Made by a program: the position numbers and the translations under genes. Shown here in pieces: positions 28,248 through 41,741 of a stretch of DNA of 64,000 nucleotides. Source of the stretch: Paraspadella gotoi (Eukaryota; Animalia; Chaetognatha); the NCBI GenBank assembly GCA_051294375.1, contig JBJCIZ010000040.1, positions 228,330 to 292,329 of the forward strand, written 5' to 3'. A model generated the notes under the pieces. The model was not told the DNA's origin, ran no database searches, and saw only the letters and a list, made by a program, of their open reading frames with translations. How positions within the stretch are numbered: the first letter of the stretch is position 1; every line of letters starts with the position of its first letter.

Positions 28248-31200
28248 CCTTCTTTTACACAAATTTGTAAATGCATCATTAACGCTGATGAAGATGCGAA
28301 AATGGGGAGTCGAGACATGTCCGTATATCATTAAATAAAAATCGTTGATGAAAATATTTTTCAAACTTTGTTTAAATATATTATTATTATAATATTATTA
28401 ATATTACAATTCTATATATTTGTTTGAGTTTAGAATAATGAAGATTTAATTTTCGTTTTCAGCAATGGAAACTCAAATTTTTATTTAAAGTAAAAATATG
28501 AAATTTTAAAATTTTTTTTGTGAATCTCCGGCGTCAAATTTGTAATGGATCTGGCCGCGATCCAGAGAGAAATCTCGATGGAAATAAGCTTCACTATCCT
28601 TTGCCGCTCTATTACCCGCTGATGAAACGCATCGTCGTCTGAATTTGCTCCATAAAGTCATCTCGCACGTTGGTAGAGACCTCGTCGATGGCATCGGCAA
28701 AAAAATCGGCGACGAAATGTCGTTGTCGACCTCGATACGATGACAGGATATTTGATGAAATCTTATGGAGCTTGGCGATCCTTTGGCCGCAGTGGGCCGC
28801 CGATGGTTCATTCCCATTCAATTTAAATGCAATGAGAGCATCCTAACTTCCGCGATGAACTTCGAATCTCGGCATCCAATAGAAGAACAGAAGAAAAAAT
28901 CTTTTCTTGCGGTGAAGTGTCGTCATCTGACAAAAGAATGTCGACGGCGTGGACATCCTCCAGGTCCAGTTGAAACGCGTCGTCAACTGAAGAGATCTTT
29001 TTTCTTTTCTTCAGCGGGACTCCCCTTTCGGCGTCTTTTGTGGACTTCGTCGTTCGTTTGTAAAACAAATTTTGATTCGCGCTAGTGCGGCGGACGAGAA
29101 AGATATCGACAACTTCACGGCGACCCGACACTATACCCTCTCACAAAATGCCACCACGATGTTTAGAGAAACTCTTCTTCAAAGTGGACTTGGATTTAGT
29201 CCCAACGAGCCATCCTTAGTGGACTGTAGCAATTTCCTCATCACCGCATGTAATTGTTGTTTTAAAGAATGATAATGATAGACAAATATGGCAGATACTT
29301 CACATACTCATAACCAACAAATATTAAAATGAGTTGTTATTATTGTTTAAAGTATTTTAATAGAAAAGCGAGTATTATTTAATAATTAAAATACATTTTT
29401 CTTTCATACTGGAGTTTCTCGTGACTCGTTAATCTCATTTGTATATTCGAGTAAGCTGGTCCAGTGTACTAACCTTTTGAGCATACAGTACTCGTCAGTC
29501 GAGGTTCGAATTAGCATTATATGTCAGTGTGATCATATCTGCAAGGTTTTTTGAAAATCCAAGTTTAGCTTCTCGGTCTATTATAATTAATATCTTTTCT
29601 CACCAAAACATAACAGCATAAAAGCATAAACACAAAACATAAAATTTTATAAGAAAACAAGGATTTTCGAGGTATACATTTTTTTTCTCCAAGGCAAAAT
29701 TTGTATTTTATATATAAAATAAAATTGTTTAATAAAAGAAATAGAAAACTGATTAAGGTGACCAAAAAATCAACTATTAAGTATAAGACCATTGTAGAGT
29801 TCTCAAAAGTGAAAATGACTAATAAAGCGACGAGAATCGTTTTGCAGTTAAAGCGCTTGTAATTACATTATTAATTAACCAAATGTAAAGGCAATCGAGA
29901 TACGAACAGCATTGAACGGCATTGAACGGCATTGAACGCTGAACTATAAAAAGATAATATAAAACTAATTAATAAAAACCTTAATACAAAATTAAATTAA
30001 GTAAAGAAACATTAAAACAAACCTGCTTCACGCTCGTAGCTTGAGAACATAATTCTTAATTTCTCTCACAAAGGTAAGTTTCTTAACTCAGATATATAAT
30101 AAACGTTTTAGGGAAAAAGAGCAACGATTTTTGGGAAACGTGAAACACGGAAATATTTAACAAGCATGAAAATGTAGTAATAATGAAAAATAAGCAACTG
30201 AGAGAAGATATGCTAGCTGCTTACGGCCATTTTGATATTACAACAAAGAAAATAAGTTAAATAACGCGTTTCTTTGTTTTTTATCATTCTCAAGCACAGA
30301 AACAAGTTGAATAAATTTGAGTTCTCACATAAGCAGATTGTTAAGTATCTTGGGTCTTAAAAGCTGGGCAAATTATATCTTTTTACATTACATTTTTTAA
30401 ATAAAATCTACACCCTCTAGCTCTTAATTTTTATAATTAGTCTTTAGTAGGATAAGACAAAATATATTTTTGGTGAATTTAGTTTTTATTATTTATATTT
30501 CAATGCTATCTTACAAAGAATTTAATATGGGTTTTTTAACCATGATTTTTTATTTAGTAATTGCAGACATGTTTCAACTCTAAACATTTCAAGTCGAAAG
30601 AAAGGATTATACCATGGATAACAATGCTATCTAAAACTATTGTGTATTGTACTTACTATACCTTTTTGCATTTGAATAAAAACCGAACTTTATAAAATTT
30701 TAAGATACTCTTAAAAAATCAATTTAGTAAACTTTTAAGCACAATTTGAACATAAGCTGTTGTCAAGCCAGCAAGCAAGAAGTCTGCTTTAATCATCAAT
30801 GAACTAATGTTTAATTAATGTTTTTACAAGCAGATATGATATATTTTACCAAGAAATTTATATATTTTTGAAGTTTAACCTTATATTATATAAAAGTTGA
30901 TGGCTAATAATATCACAAGTTTACAAATATTGTATAAATTTATCAATATAATAATTACTGCTATCACTAATAATTTATTTTTCCAAATCATCAAAATGCA
31001 TTAATTACAGAAACTGATTAGTAATATTTAGGCTTAGATGAAAAATAATTTTCAAATAAAATTTTAAACTTTGTTACTTACTTATATGATTATGGCTTTA
31101 ATTTTATAGCACTCTTATCTTTTTATTATTTTTTGAATTTTTAATTTTTTTGGTTTCATCTGCTCTAAGCAGATCCGACTAAAAAAAATCTACTGAATCA

Positions 31201-34200
31201 CTATTATTGTTTTAAAATTTGTGTATCATCCTTTGTTTACCCAGCATTGAATATCTAAAACACAGTTTATTTCAAATATTATTCAATAGTGATTCTAAAT
31301 TTTTTTAGGCACTGCTGGTCAGTCATAGTTTATAGTAACAATCATAAAGTTGGTTTACCTAAATGTAGAAATCTTGGTTAGTGGGTTTAAGTTGTCACCT
31401 GGTAACAGTGAAAAAGCTTCTATTATATGTGACAAATGTGAAACGGGAACATACAATGACAAATCAGGAGAAAAGGGGTGCACAAAGTGTCCACCAAGGT
31501 ATGAGCAGTTTCATCAAGGACAAACGTCTTGTGACCTGTGTGATCCTGGTTATTTTTCTAGCTCGCCAGGTAGTGTTTCTTGTCAGCCATGTTCAGTGGG
31601 CTCATATCAAAATGAAGAAGGAATGATCAGTTGTAAGTTATGCTCCTCAACGAAGAAATCAATATCAATTGGAGCCGTATCTTGTAGTAGCAATTGTCCA
31701 GCTGGATCTTATAGTCCAAGCCTGAATAATAATTGTTCTTATTGTGCCCCCGGTACTTATCAGAAAGGTGTTGGTGCACCAAGTTGCCGAAAATGTAAAC
31801 TTGGTTCCTATCAACCATTACAAGGGCGAACAAGTTGCGTCAAAGCACTTCCTGGAACATATGTTGACCAACTTGGTGCAACTGATGCAAAAATATGTCC
31901 AAAAGGAACATCAAATAACAAAGAAGGTAAATACAATGATAACAGTATGATTAATATGATTGTTGTAGCTAAACTAAAGCTGTTAAACAGCATTTAATAA
32001 AGGAATGTGTGTATAAAGCGCTAAGTGGGCTGAAGTATCTTCTCTGCCTTTAGGCAAAAATGGAACGGGTCCTGGGCTTGGAACTAGGCTTGAGGGTTTC
32101 CAGGCCCATGAGGCAGTTTACGGCCATCCTTCTGCTTCCCCCAGGATAGGCACCATGAGGGATCCTAATGGTCTTGAGCTGTTAGTATTACTCAATGAGC
32201 TACCGGGTCACGACTGAAGGGGTGAACTATAAAGCAATGCCCGACAACAATGTATTAAAAGATTTATTCTTTTTTCAGGTTCTATCTCTTTAAAAAGTTG
32301 TATAGAATGTGAATCCGGTTCATTTACCAATGAAGAAGGATCCACTGGATGCACTCTTTGTCCAGTAAGTTGTAGTTTGTTACAAATAAGTTAACTTGAT
32401 TTGACACCCAAAAAGAGAATTTTTATAAGAAGATTATTTTAAATTTATTTTTGTTTTTAAACAAACTAAACATTAATTTTTAGTCGGATCGGCTTATCAC
32501 AGATTCCGACTCTCCGTCGCGTCCCACCCCAAAATCTTGAGGGTAAATAATTTTTATTATATCAGAACCTTGAATGATGATAAATTATGCAAAAAAATTG
32601 ATGTCCGTCCGTCCGGCCGTCCATCCTTCCGTCCTTCTACCCGTCCCCCCTTTGCATTAAACTCCTATTACTCGTGGTTGGATGGATGGATTGGATTGAA
32701 ATTTTGTGGGTATGTAGGAAAATGTGTGAGTGCGAGTACAAATGATGTTAAATGAAAAAAAAAGTCATATTTACTTGAAGTGTTTTTAATTATATCTACT
32801 CATAATTATTATATTTATTAAAAATTAGATAGAAAAATTGAAATGAAATTTTGTGTGTGGGTAGGAAAGTATATGATTGAGCGGGATATAAAGTTTTGAT
32901 GGAATTGTGCAGGTGGAAAGGAGTTCAAATTATAAAACCAAAAGACACATTTTTGGTATTTTTAAAAGTTTCTCGCTCTCTCTATCTCTGTTGCGGGTTT
33001 TTCTCTCATAAAACAAACGCTATACAGGGTTTAAGCAGTCAAATTATAATTCCATTTAATAATAAAGACGCGATTCCAATTTGACATTATTAAACGTATA
33101 TAGACAAACGTGAGGACAAACGTGAATAAGCGAGGACTAACGCTTAAATCTAAAGATAATTTAATTATTAATTACACAAATAATTTCAAATATTCAACAA
33201 AAAGTTTGAGCAAACAATGTCGGATCTGCCTACGATAATTAGGAGGTAATAAGCTAACTTGGTCAACTTGCATTATTTGGTCAACTGGCATAATTTGGTT
33301 AACTGACATAAGTTGATTAACTTGTAGGATTGAACCCGGTACCTTTCAGCCACGAGCCTTGACTCAACCAGAGTCGCCATTTAATCATGTTGAATCTTTA
33401 CTTATTCAAATCCCTTATAACAATCTCTTTCACAAACAATTAATCTTTTGTCTTTTCAAAACAAAGGAACACTGTTAGCTAAAGCAAATCAGCTGGTTCC
33501 ATTTCACATTATTTTTATTGTTATTCCATTGAGCCTTTTGAATTCTTCTTAGAAGAAAAATTTTAACAGACTCCAAACTTGTTATTAATTTTTCCTTTAT
33601 TTCCTTTATTGTTAATGTTTAATTAATTCATTAATTATTATTGTTGTAATGATATAGATATTGCATTAGCTTTCCGGTAAAAGCTTATGGAATATCTATA
33701 TGCTTTGATTATTTTATTAAGGTTTCATTTTATAAAGAACCAAACAAGTTGGTTCAGGCTGATTTTATCAGGCGCCAATTAAACTTTGCCACGAGCGTCA
33801 GCGCCAACGCCAACGTCATTTCCGGTTCGAGCTAAATACATTCACGTCATCTACAAACTAACATAATTTGGTCAACTGACATAATTTGGTAAACTGACAT
33901 AATTTGGTCAACTGACTTAATTTGTTTAACTGACATAATTTGTTTAACTGACATAATTTGGTTAACTGACATAATTTGTTCAACTGACATAATTTGGTCA
34001 ACTGGCATAATTTTATCAACTGGCATAATGTGGTCAACTGGCAAAATTTTGTCAACAGGCATAATTTGGTCTATTGGCATAATTTTGTCAACTGGCATAA
34101 TTTGGTCAACTTGCAGAATTTGGTCAGCTGGCATATTTTTGTCAATTGGCATAATTTGGTCAATCAATCAATCAATCAATGAATCAGAGAGAGATAGAGA

Positions 34201-37200
34201 GAAACTTTTAAAAATTCAAATAAATGTGTCTTTTGGTTTTCTAATTTGAACTCTTTTCCGCTCCAACGATTCCTGCAAATAATTTATATCCAGCTTTATC
34301 ACATCCTTTCCTACCCACACACAAAATTCCATTTCAATTTATCTATCCAATTTTTAATAAACATAACAATTATGAGTAAATTTAGATATTTGAAATTAAA
34401 GACAAAGTCTTGATACAGCAACGATTTTATTTTTATTGTACAGACAAGTTTTGGCTTTCATTCAAGCCTTCATCAGTGCTTTTGACATTTTACAATTTTC
34501 ATGTTTTCCAAATTGACTTTGGAAGAGAGAGAGAGAGAGAAAAAGAGAGAGAGAGAGAGAAGAAATAGCCAACAAAGATATGAGACAGGACTGTTAGTAA
34601 TATTTTAATTAGCCTCCAATTTATTAATTCAACTTTTTGTCTCTCTTAAATTTTCTCAGTTCCAAAGTTTAATATTCATAGATTCCCAGGAACTCAGCGC
34701 CTATTTTGTAAACATTTTGTCTAAGTAGAATAAACAAAGGAAGAGAGACTAGAGGGAGGCCGAGATTTTAGTACATTCCATTTTTAGATTTCAAGGGATT
34801 AAGATGCAATATTTTATCATGGTTTAAATTACATTTTTACAACTGGGGCAATCTACAATTATTTCAGGTAACTTCAAAAACTAATTAGACAGATTATGCA
34901 TAATCCAGCTTCTCTATCCATCATCTTTTGAGGGCCACAGACCACGTTACCAACAGGACAGTGGTGAAATGTGAGGACAGGTTTAAGTTAGTAGAGAGAG
35001 AGAGAGAGAGAATGTGAGGGAAAAGAAATTAAATTTGTGAGTGAGGAGAGAGAGAGAGCGACAGAGAAGCAGAGGTTAACATTTGGTAAGAAAAGTTACT
35101 TTAGAAAATGTACAACAATGGTAAATTTAATAAATAAGTAGACAGACTTAAACAAACTAAAATATTTAAATTAATTCAGATAAAAATTAATAAAGGAGTG
35201 AAGTTTAGATGAAATTGAAATAAAGATGTTGAGGGATAGGTAAGTGAAAAAAGTAGAGAAAAATTAGAAAAAGAAAAAGCTCAAAATGAGCTGGCCCCCC
35301 CCCCCGGTTCAACAATGGGGATGCTGACGATGTGGTCGGGTCATTGGTTTGTCATAGGCTGAGAGGCTATTGTGGTGGAGTGCGACATGGACGGGTCCGG
35401 TAGAGACCCAGGCGGAAAGAGGCCAAGTGCAACTCGAATATCTCTCAGGCCTGATAAACCTGCCGACGGCCCTCATCTCGCCTGTTTTGCAACGGGAATT
35501 ACAGACTCCCTCTCCTCCTCCTGTAACCGTCTTTTTGGTGGGCGCCCGATCGAGGAGAGTCGGACTGGGTTGTTGCAGGAGAGGATGAGGCATCGGACAT
35601 CCCTTGCGTATCGGGAGGTCTCCGCCTGGCCCGTTGAGTGGGGACAGGGGAGTCATCGTGCGGCTGTGGTGGAGAAGGGTGCTCCACCAACACTTTTATA
35701 AGCGAATCATAGCTAGGAGGGAGGTCGAATCGTCCTCCATCACGGTTCAGAAGGGCTCGAGGGCTTTGATGTAAATCGCCTCTCTAATACATCTTGAGAA
35801 CCAGTTTGGGTCATGGGACAGCACAAGACAGTCAGTTTCTCTGAACAGATGGCTAGTATTTGCCGAATGCTCTGCTACTGCCGGCAGGAAGTGACCACGT
35901 GAGTCACGGTAAGGCTTTGTGTGCTGTTTGAACCGATCTGTCAGAGACTTCCCTGTCTCACCCACGTATGCTGCTGTGCAGGCTTGGTTGCCCGCCCCTG
36001 CACTGGCCGCTCCTGATGTTTTCGGTCTGGGGATTTTGTCTTTCGGTTTCACCAAATGCTCACGTAAAGAGCCGCGGGTCGTCACTGAAGTGGAGATCCC
36101 CTGCTTTCCTAGCACCCGCACCAATGATTCAGTGATCCCCTGGTGGTAGGGGCGGGACAGGCAACCCACGTTCTGAGGACGTTTCTGCTTAGTTTCCAGT
36201 TGCGCTGTTGTGGGCGCGGGAGACTGTTCGGCAGCAAGGTCCTGCCCTTCCTCCTAGGGGTTGGAGGTTGGACTTGCGTCAGCGGCTACTTGGGCAGCCC
36301 CTTGGTGGCCACTGCCCTCAACCAGGTTCTGCCAATACCTGGCCTTTTTGTAAGCCCACAGAGGGTAACCATTGAGCGCCAAAGCCCTTCTGACATGCTC
36401 AAGCTTGGCGGCCCGGAGCTCGGGGGTCGACGGAATCAGTGCGGCTCTCCTGGTAAGGGACCTGACCGTGGCAAGCTTGTGAGACAAGGGGGCATGTGAA
36501 TCGAAAGGAATGTATTGGTCAGTGTGGGTTGGTTTGCGATAGACAGAAAACTCCAATGAGCCGCCCTCTTTGCGCTTTATAAGCACATCGAGCATTGTAA
36601 TTTGTCCATTCACCTCCTTTTTACATGTCCACTTGATACTTGCTTCAATGCTGTTCAGGTGGGTTAGAAGGGTATCGACCACATCCCTTTTCACGGCCAG
36701 TATTGTATCGTCTGCTTTTCGATACCAGAAGAGGACTGACTCTGCCCCATGCAGAGATCGGAAGGATTCCAAAGCTTCCACCTCATACTATGAGTCATAG
36801 TCCTCCATATAAAAATCTGCCAGAGGACTTGATATCGACTTGCCCATCCCTAAGCCACCAGGCTGGGCATAGTANNNNNNNNNNNNNNNNNNNNNNNNNN
36901 NNNNNNNNNNNNNNNNNNNNNNNNNNNNNNNNNNNNNNNNNNNNNNNNNNNNNNNNNNNNNNNNNNNNNNNNNNNNNNNNNNNNNNNNNNNNNNNNNNNN
37001 NNNNNNNNNNNNNNNNNNNNNNNNNNNNNNNNNNNNNNNNNNNNNNNNNNNNNNNNNNNNNNNNNNGTTCCTGGGGGATATTAGTAAACATACTTTGCAA
37101 GTCGCATGAGACCAAGAGATGAGTATCAGGCACTGTGATATGCTGCAACTTATCCGTCAGATCGACAGAGTTCCGGAGGTGGTGTTGGTTTCCGACGAGA

Positions 37201-38004
37201 GGAGTGATAATGCGTCCCAGCTCCTTCGTCATTCCATTAAAAATGGAATTGCGGGCAGAAACGATCGGGCGTAACGGCAAATCGGGCTTATGCACCTTCA
37301 GTTGACTGAAGAAAAGGGGCGGCTGCATTGAGTCAGGATTGACTCTGTGAAATACTGACGCGGGACAGTATTCACTAAGGCGTAGTAAAATTCTGATTTT
37401 AACTTTAATTAAAATTATAAAAGTGAGGAACGAACAACATTATACTAATGAACATTTATGTAATAAAAAAAAATTATAATAAATTTTACAATTTACGCAG
37501 TAGGCCATATTTATACTAGTACTAAACCAATAAATGTTAAAATTTTAAAACAGTTTTTTCTAAGATTTTTCTGCAGATTTGGATTCGTCCTAAGTTGGTA
37601 AAAAAGAAATATAACTCTTTTTGAAAAATTCCTTCATTAAGTGGGTCAAAAATTAGAATAAAGCTATGTTTGAAGCTGAAAATTAACTTTTTATATATTA
37701 AATATAGTTTTTAGTCTCTGCTCTATCGAATTCACTTTTGTCGGTCCGTCGGTCGCCCCCTCAATATTGTCGGGCACACACTTATATCATGTCAGAACAT
37801 CGAATTATGATAAATTATGCAAAAAAAACGATGTCCGTTCCGTCCGTCCGTCCGTCCGTCGTCCGTCCGTCCCACCTTAGCAAAAACTCCAATTACTCGT
37901 GATTGGATGGATGGAATCGTAGGAGTGGAAAAGAGTTCAAATTAGAAAACCAAAAGACACATTTATTTGAATTTTTTAAAGTTTCTCTCTCTCTATCTCT
38001 TCTC

Positions 38005-38069
<65 letters not shown>

Positions 38070-39105
38070 ACCTAATTACGACAATTGACAAAAATATGCC
38101 AGTTGCCAAATTCTTAAAGTTGACCAAATTATGCCAGTTGACAAAATTCTGGCAAGTTGATCAAGTTCTGCAAGTTGACCAAATTATGCCTGTTGACCAA
38201 ATTATGCCAGTTGACCAAATTAGGACAGTTGATAAAATTATGCCAGTTGACAAATTATGATGCCGGTTGACCCATTATGCTTAATTGATCAAATTATGTC
38301 AGTTGACCAAATTATGTCAGTTGACCAAATTATGTCAGTAGACCAAATTATGTCAGTTAACCAAATTATGTCAGTTGACAAAATTATGCAAGTTGATTAA
38401 ATTATGCAAGTTGACCAAGTTAGCTTATTACCACTTAATTATCGATTGACCTGGAATTTTTGTATGTGAGTAGAAAAGTGTGTGATTGAACAGGAAACCA
38501 AGTTTCGATGGAATCTTTTTCAGTGGAAATGAGTTTAAATGGAAAAAAACAAAAAACCTGTTTCAACTAATTGATTATGATTCTTTTTCCTTTTATATTA
38601 AATGTATATGCAGGATGTATTAATAAATCAAATAATTAATCAGTTAATTAATCAATAATTAATTAATCAGTCATCAATCGATCCATCAGTCCCACCTTAG
38701 CAAAAAAGCTCTAATAACTCGTGATTGGCTGGTTGGATTAGAATGAAATTTTGTGTGTGGGTAGGAAAGTGTGTGATAAAGCTGGATATAAAGTTTCGAC
38801 GGAATCGTGTGAGTGGATATGAGTTTAAAATGGAAAAAAACATAAGTCGCATTTACTAAAATCTTTTTACTTATTTTAACCAATAAAAACTCTAATTAAT
38901 CATAATTGGATGGATAGATTGAGTTCAAATTTTTTGGGTGGGTAGAAAAATGTGTAACGATGCTTGATATAACAGTTTTTGGTGGAAACGTAACGAGTGG
39001 GAATGAGTTTAAATTAAAAAAATATGAGTCACATTTACTTGAATCTTTTAATTTATTTTAACCCATAATAGATTGAGATGAAATTTTGTGAGCGGGTAGA
39101 GAGAG

Positions 39106-39139
<34 letters not shown>

Positions 39140-39168
39140 AAAAAATTAGCATAAGAACGTCGCCAATT

Positions 39169-39199
<31 letters not shown>

Positions 39200-41709
39200 A
39201 GAAGAGAAAGAAAAGAGAGAGCAGTAAATGAGCATAAAGGATCGTCGCAATTGCATAAGAGAGAGAGAGAGAAGAGCAGGAAAAATTAGCTTAAGGATCG
39301 TTGGGCAATTGCAGAAGAGAGAGAGAGAGAGTCGAGGATTAAAATTAGCAAATAAAAAAGTTGTTATTTACTACTGAATAAAAATACTTAAAATACTTAC
39401 AAAATACATAAAATTGATAAAATTATTATTTCGATAACATTGTTTAATCACACACATGCAATAGTATCTAAGTAAAGGCGGGCCAAAATTGAACATCTTT
39501 TATAACTTCTAGTTCTCTTTAAAAATTTTTTTTTCTTTTTAACTACTAAATCGATTTTCAATGTAACTTTTTTGAATTAAGTCATTGGGTTGTTGCACTG
39601 AAGCTTTTAAATATTTATTAATATATAATCAATTATATATAGTTGAGGAATTGTGCGTGGGAAATGAGTTTAGATGGAAAACATAAAGTCACATTTACTT
39701 GAATCTTTAATATTAATGTTACTAATAATGTTTTACTTAATTATTAATTAATTAATGTGAAAATGATGCAAGTTAAAAGAATTCTTAAAAGCATAAAGAT
39801 CGTGTCGCAATTGCATAAAAGAGAGAGAGAGAGAGTGAGAGAGAGAGAGAGAAGGAGACATAAAATAAAATAGAGATATTTGTTTTGTTTTGATAAAATG
39901 TAAACAAAACATATTTAATAATGGTCCTAACCCAATTTTAAGGACATCGATGATGATAAGTTGAATATAAATTTAAAAATTAATTATTACATATTAAAAT
40001 GAATTAATTAATTAATTAATTAATTAATTATTGTAGGCAGATCCGACATTGTTTGCTAACCTTGTTTTAATTTTTAACCCACTTAATGAAATAATTTTTA
40101 AAAATGATTTATATTTTCTTTTATCAACTTTTGACGAGGAATTCAAATCTGCAATCAAAATTTAAAAAAGCCTATTTTGAATTTTTCTATTTATAAGGAT
40201 AGTACTATATATAATATAGCCTACTGCGAAATTAAAAAACATAAAATTAATTTTTTTTACAAATTAATGTCCACTGATGGTATGTTGTTCATAATTGACT
40301 TTTAGAATTTTCGAATGTAACTTTCACTATGCCTTAGTATTCACGTATCTTGCTTGTGACTGTCTGGATGTGAGCTCTGTATGCAAGAGTCGGATCCTTT
40401 GGTAGTAACTTGTACGTACCCCTGTCTGCCATAATTTTTAATACCTTGATGAGGGCCGTCGGCAGGTTTATCAGGCTTGAGATATTCGAGTTGCACTTGG
40501 CCTCTTTCCGCCTGGGTCTCTACCGGACCCGTCCATGTCGCACTCCACCACAATAGCCTCTCAGCCTATGACAACACAATGACCCGACCACATCGTCATC
40601 ATCCCCCATTGTTGACCCGGGGGGGGCAGCTCATTTTGAGCTTTTTCATTTTTCTTATTTTTCTCTTACTCTTTCACTTACCTATCCCTCAACATCTTTA
40701 TTTCAATTTCATCTAAACTTCACTCCTTTATTAATTTTATCTGAATTAATTTAAATATTTTAGTTTGCTTAAGTCTGTCTACTTATTTATTAAATTTACC
40801 ATTGTTGTACATTTTCTAATGTAACTTTTCTTACCAAATGTTAACCTCTGCTTCTCTGTCTCTCTCTCTCCTCTCCCTCACTCACAAATTTAATTTCTTT
40901 CCCTCACATTTCCTCTCTCTCTCCTCTCTCTCTCTACTAACTTAAACCTGTCCTCACATTCACCACTGTCCTGTCTCATATCTTTGTTGGCCATTCTTCT
41001 CTCTCTCTCTCTCTACCCAATTTTCATTTATATCTTTAAATACTTTTCAACTTGTTAATATCGTTTTGTAAATTGATGTAGCTTTTAGGGGCACAATGTA
41101 GCCCAAAGCCCGTTTCTTTAATACAATTCAATTCAATTCAATTCTGCTCTCTCTCTTTCTCTCTCTCTTTCTTCCAAAGTCAATTTGGAAAACATGAAAA
41201 TTGTGAATTGTCAAAAGCACTGATGAAGGCTTGAATGAAAGCCGAAACTTGTCTGTACAATAAAAATAAAATCGTTGCTGTATCAAGACTTTGTCTTTAA
41301 TTTCAAATATCTAAAAACACAATGAAAGAAAGTATAATCACAAAAAGTAAATTTAGGTAAAAATACTTCAAGTAAATATGACTTTTGTTTTTTCCATTTT
41401 AACGCATTTCCACTCGCACGATTCCATCGAAACTTTATATCCAGCTCAATCACACACTTTCCTACCATCATACAAAATTTCATGTCAATTGCTCTATCCA
41501 CTCATGAGCAATTGGCGTTCAAATAGTGAAATATATTTTTTTGTTTTTTCCATTTAAACCAATTTCCACTCGCACGATTCCCTCGAAATTTCATATCCAT
41601 CTCAATCACACATTTCCTACCCACACACAAAATATCATACCAATCCATCCATTCAATCACGAGTAATTGGAGTTTTTTTGCTAAGGTGGGACGGACGGAC
41701 GGACGGACG

Positions 41710-41741
<32 letters not shown>

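Larger units (their letters stand above)
27655..28378. mobile_element. Non-autonomous PLE pseudo-LTR derivative with two opposed hammerhead motifs
   Basis: Inverted termini, CT microsatellites, ttgttgtacatt motif, AAAATCGTTG tail shared with the other PLE tails in the window. Confidence 0.6.
34386..41345 (-). mobile_element. 5'-truncated Penelope-like element with inverted pseudo-LTR, interrupted by a hAT-like MITE
   Basis: Minus ORF KVHKPDLPLRPIVS, SCDLQSMFTNIP, GLGMGKSISSPLA, WYRKADD, VYRKPTHTDQY, YVGETGKSL..R..QH, REAIYI; 34381-35477 is inverted at 40448-41315; flanking direct repeat agtaaatttag (34375-34385 and 41346-41356). Confidence 0.9.

Noticed and set aside
31350-31408. N-terminus of ORF 31350-31997 and alternative acceptor at 31381
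   Set aside because: Acceptor at 31408 restores the exact repeat spacing; upstream residues are most likely intronic, although 31381 is phase-compatible and cannot be fully excluded
33847-34249. Repetitive ORFs (MPVDQI / TKLCQL repeats), also 38060-38260
   Set aside because: Translations of an 18-bp minisatellite inside a HINE; open in several frames on both strands with no splice context
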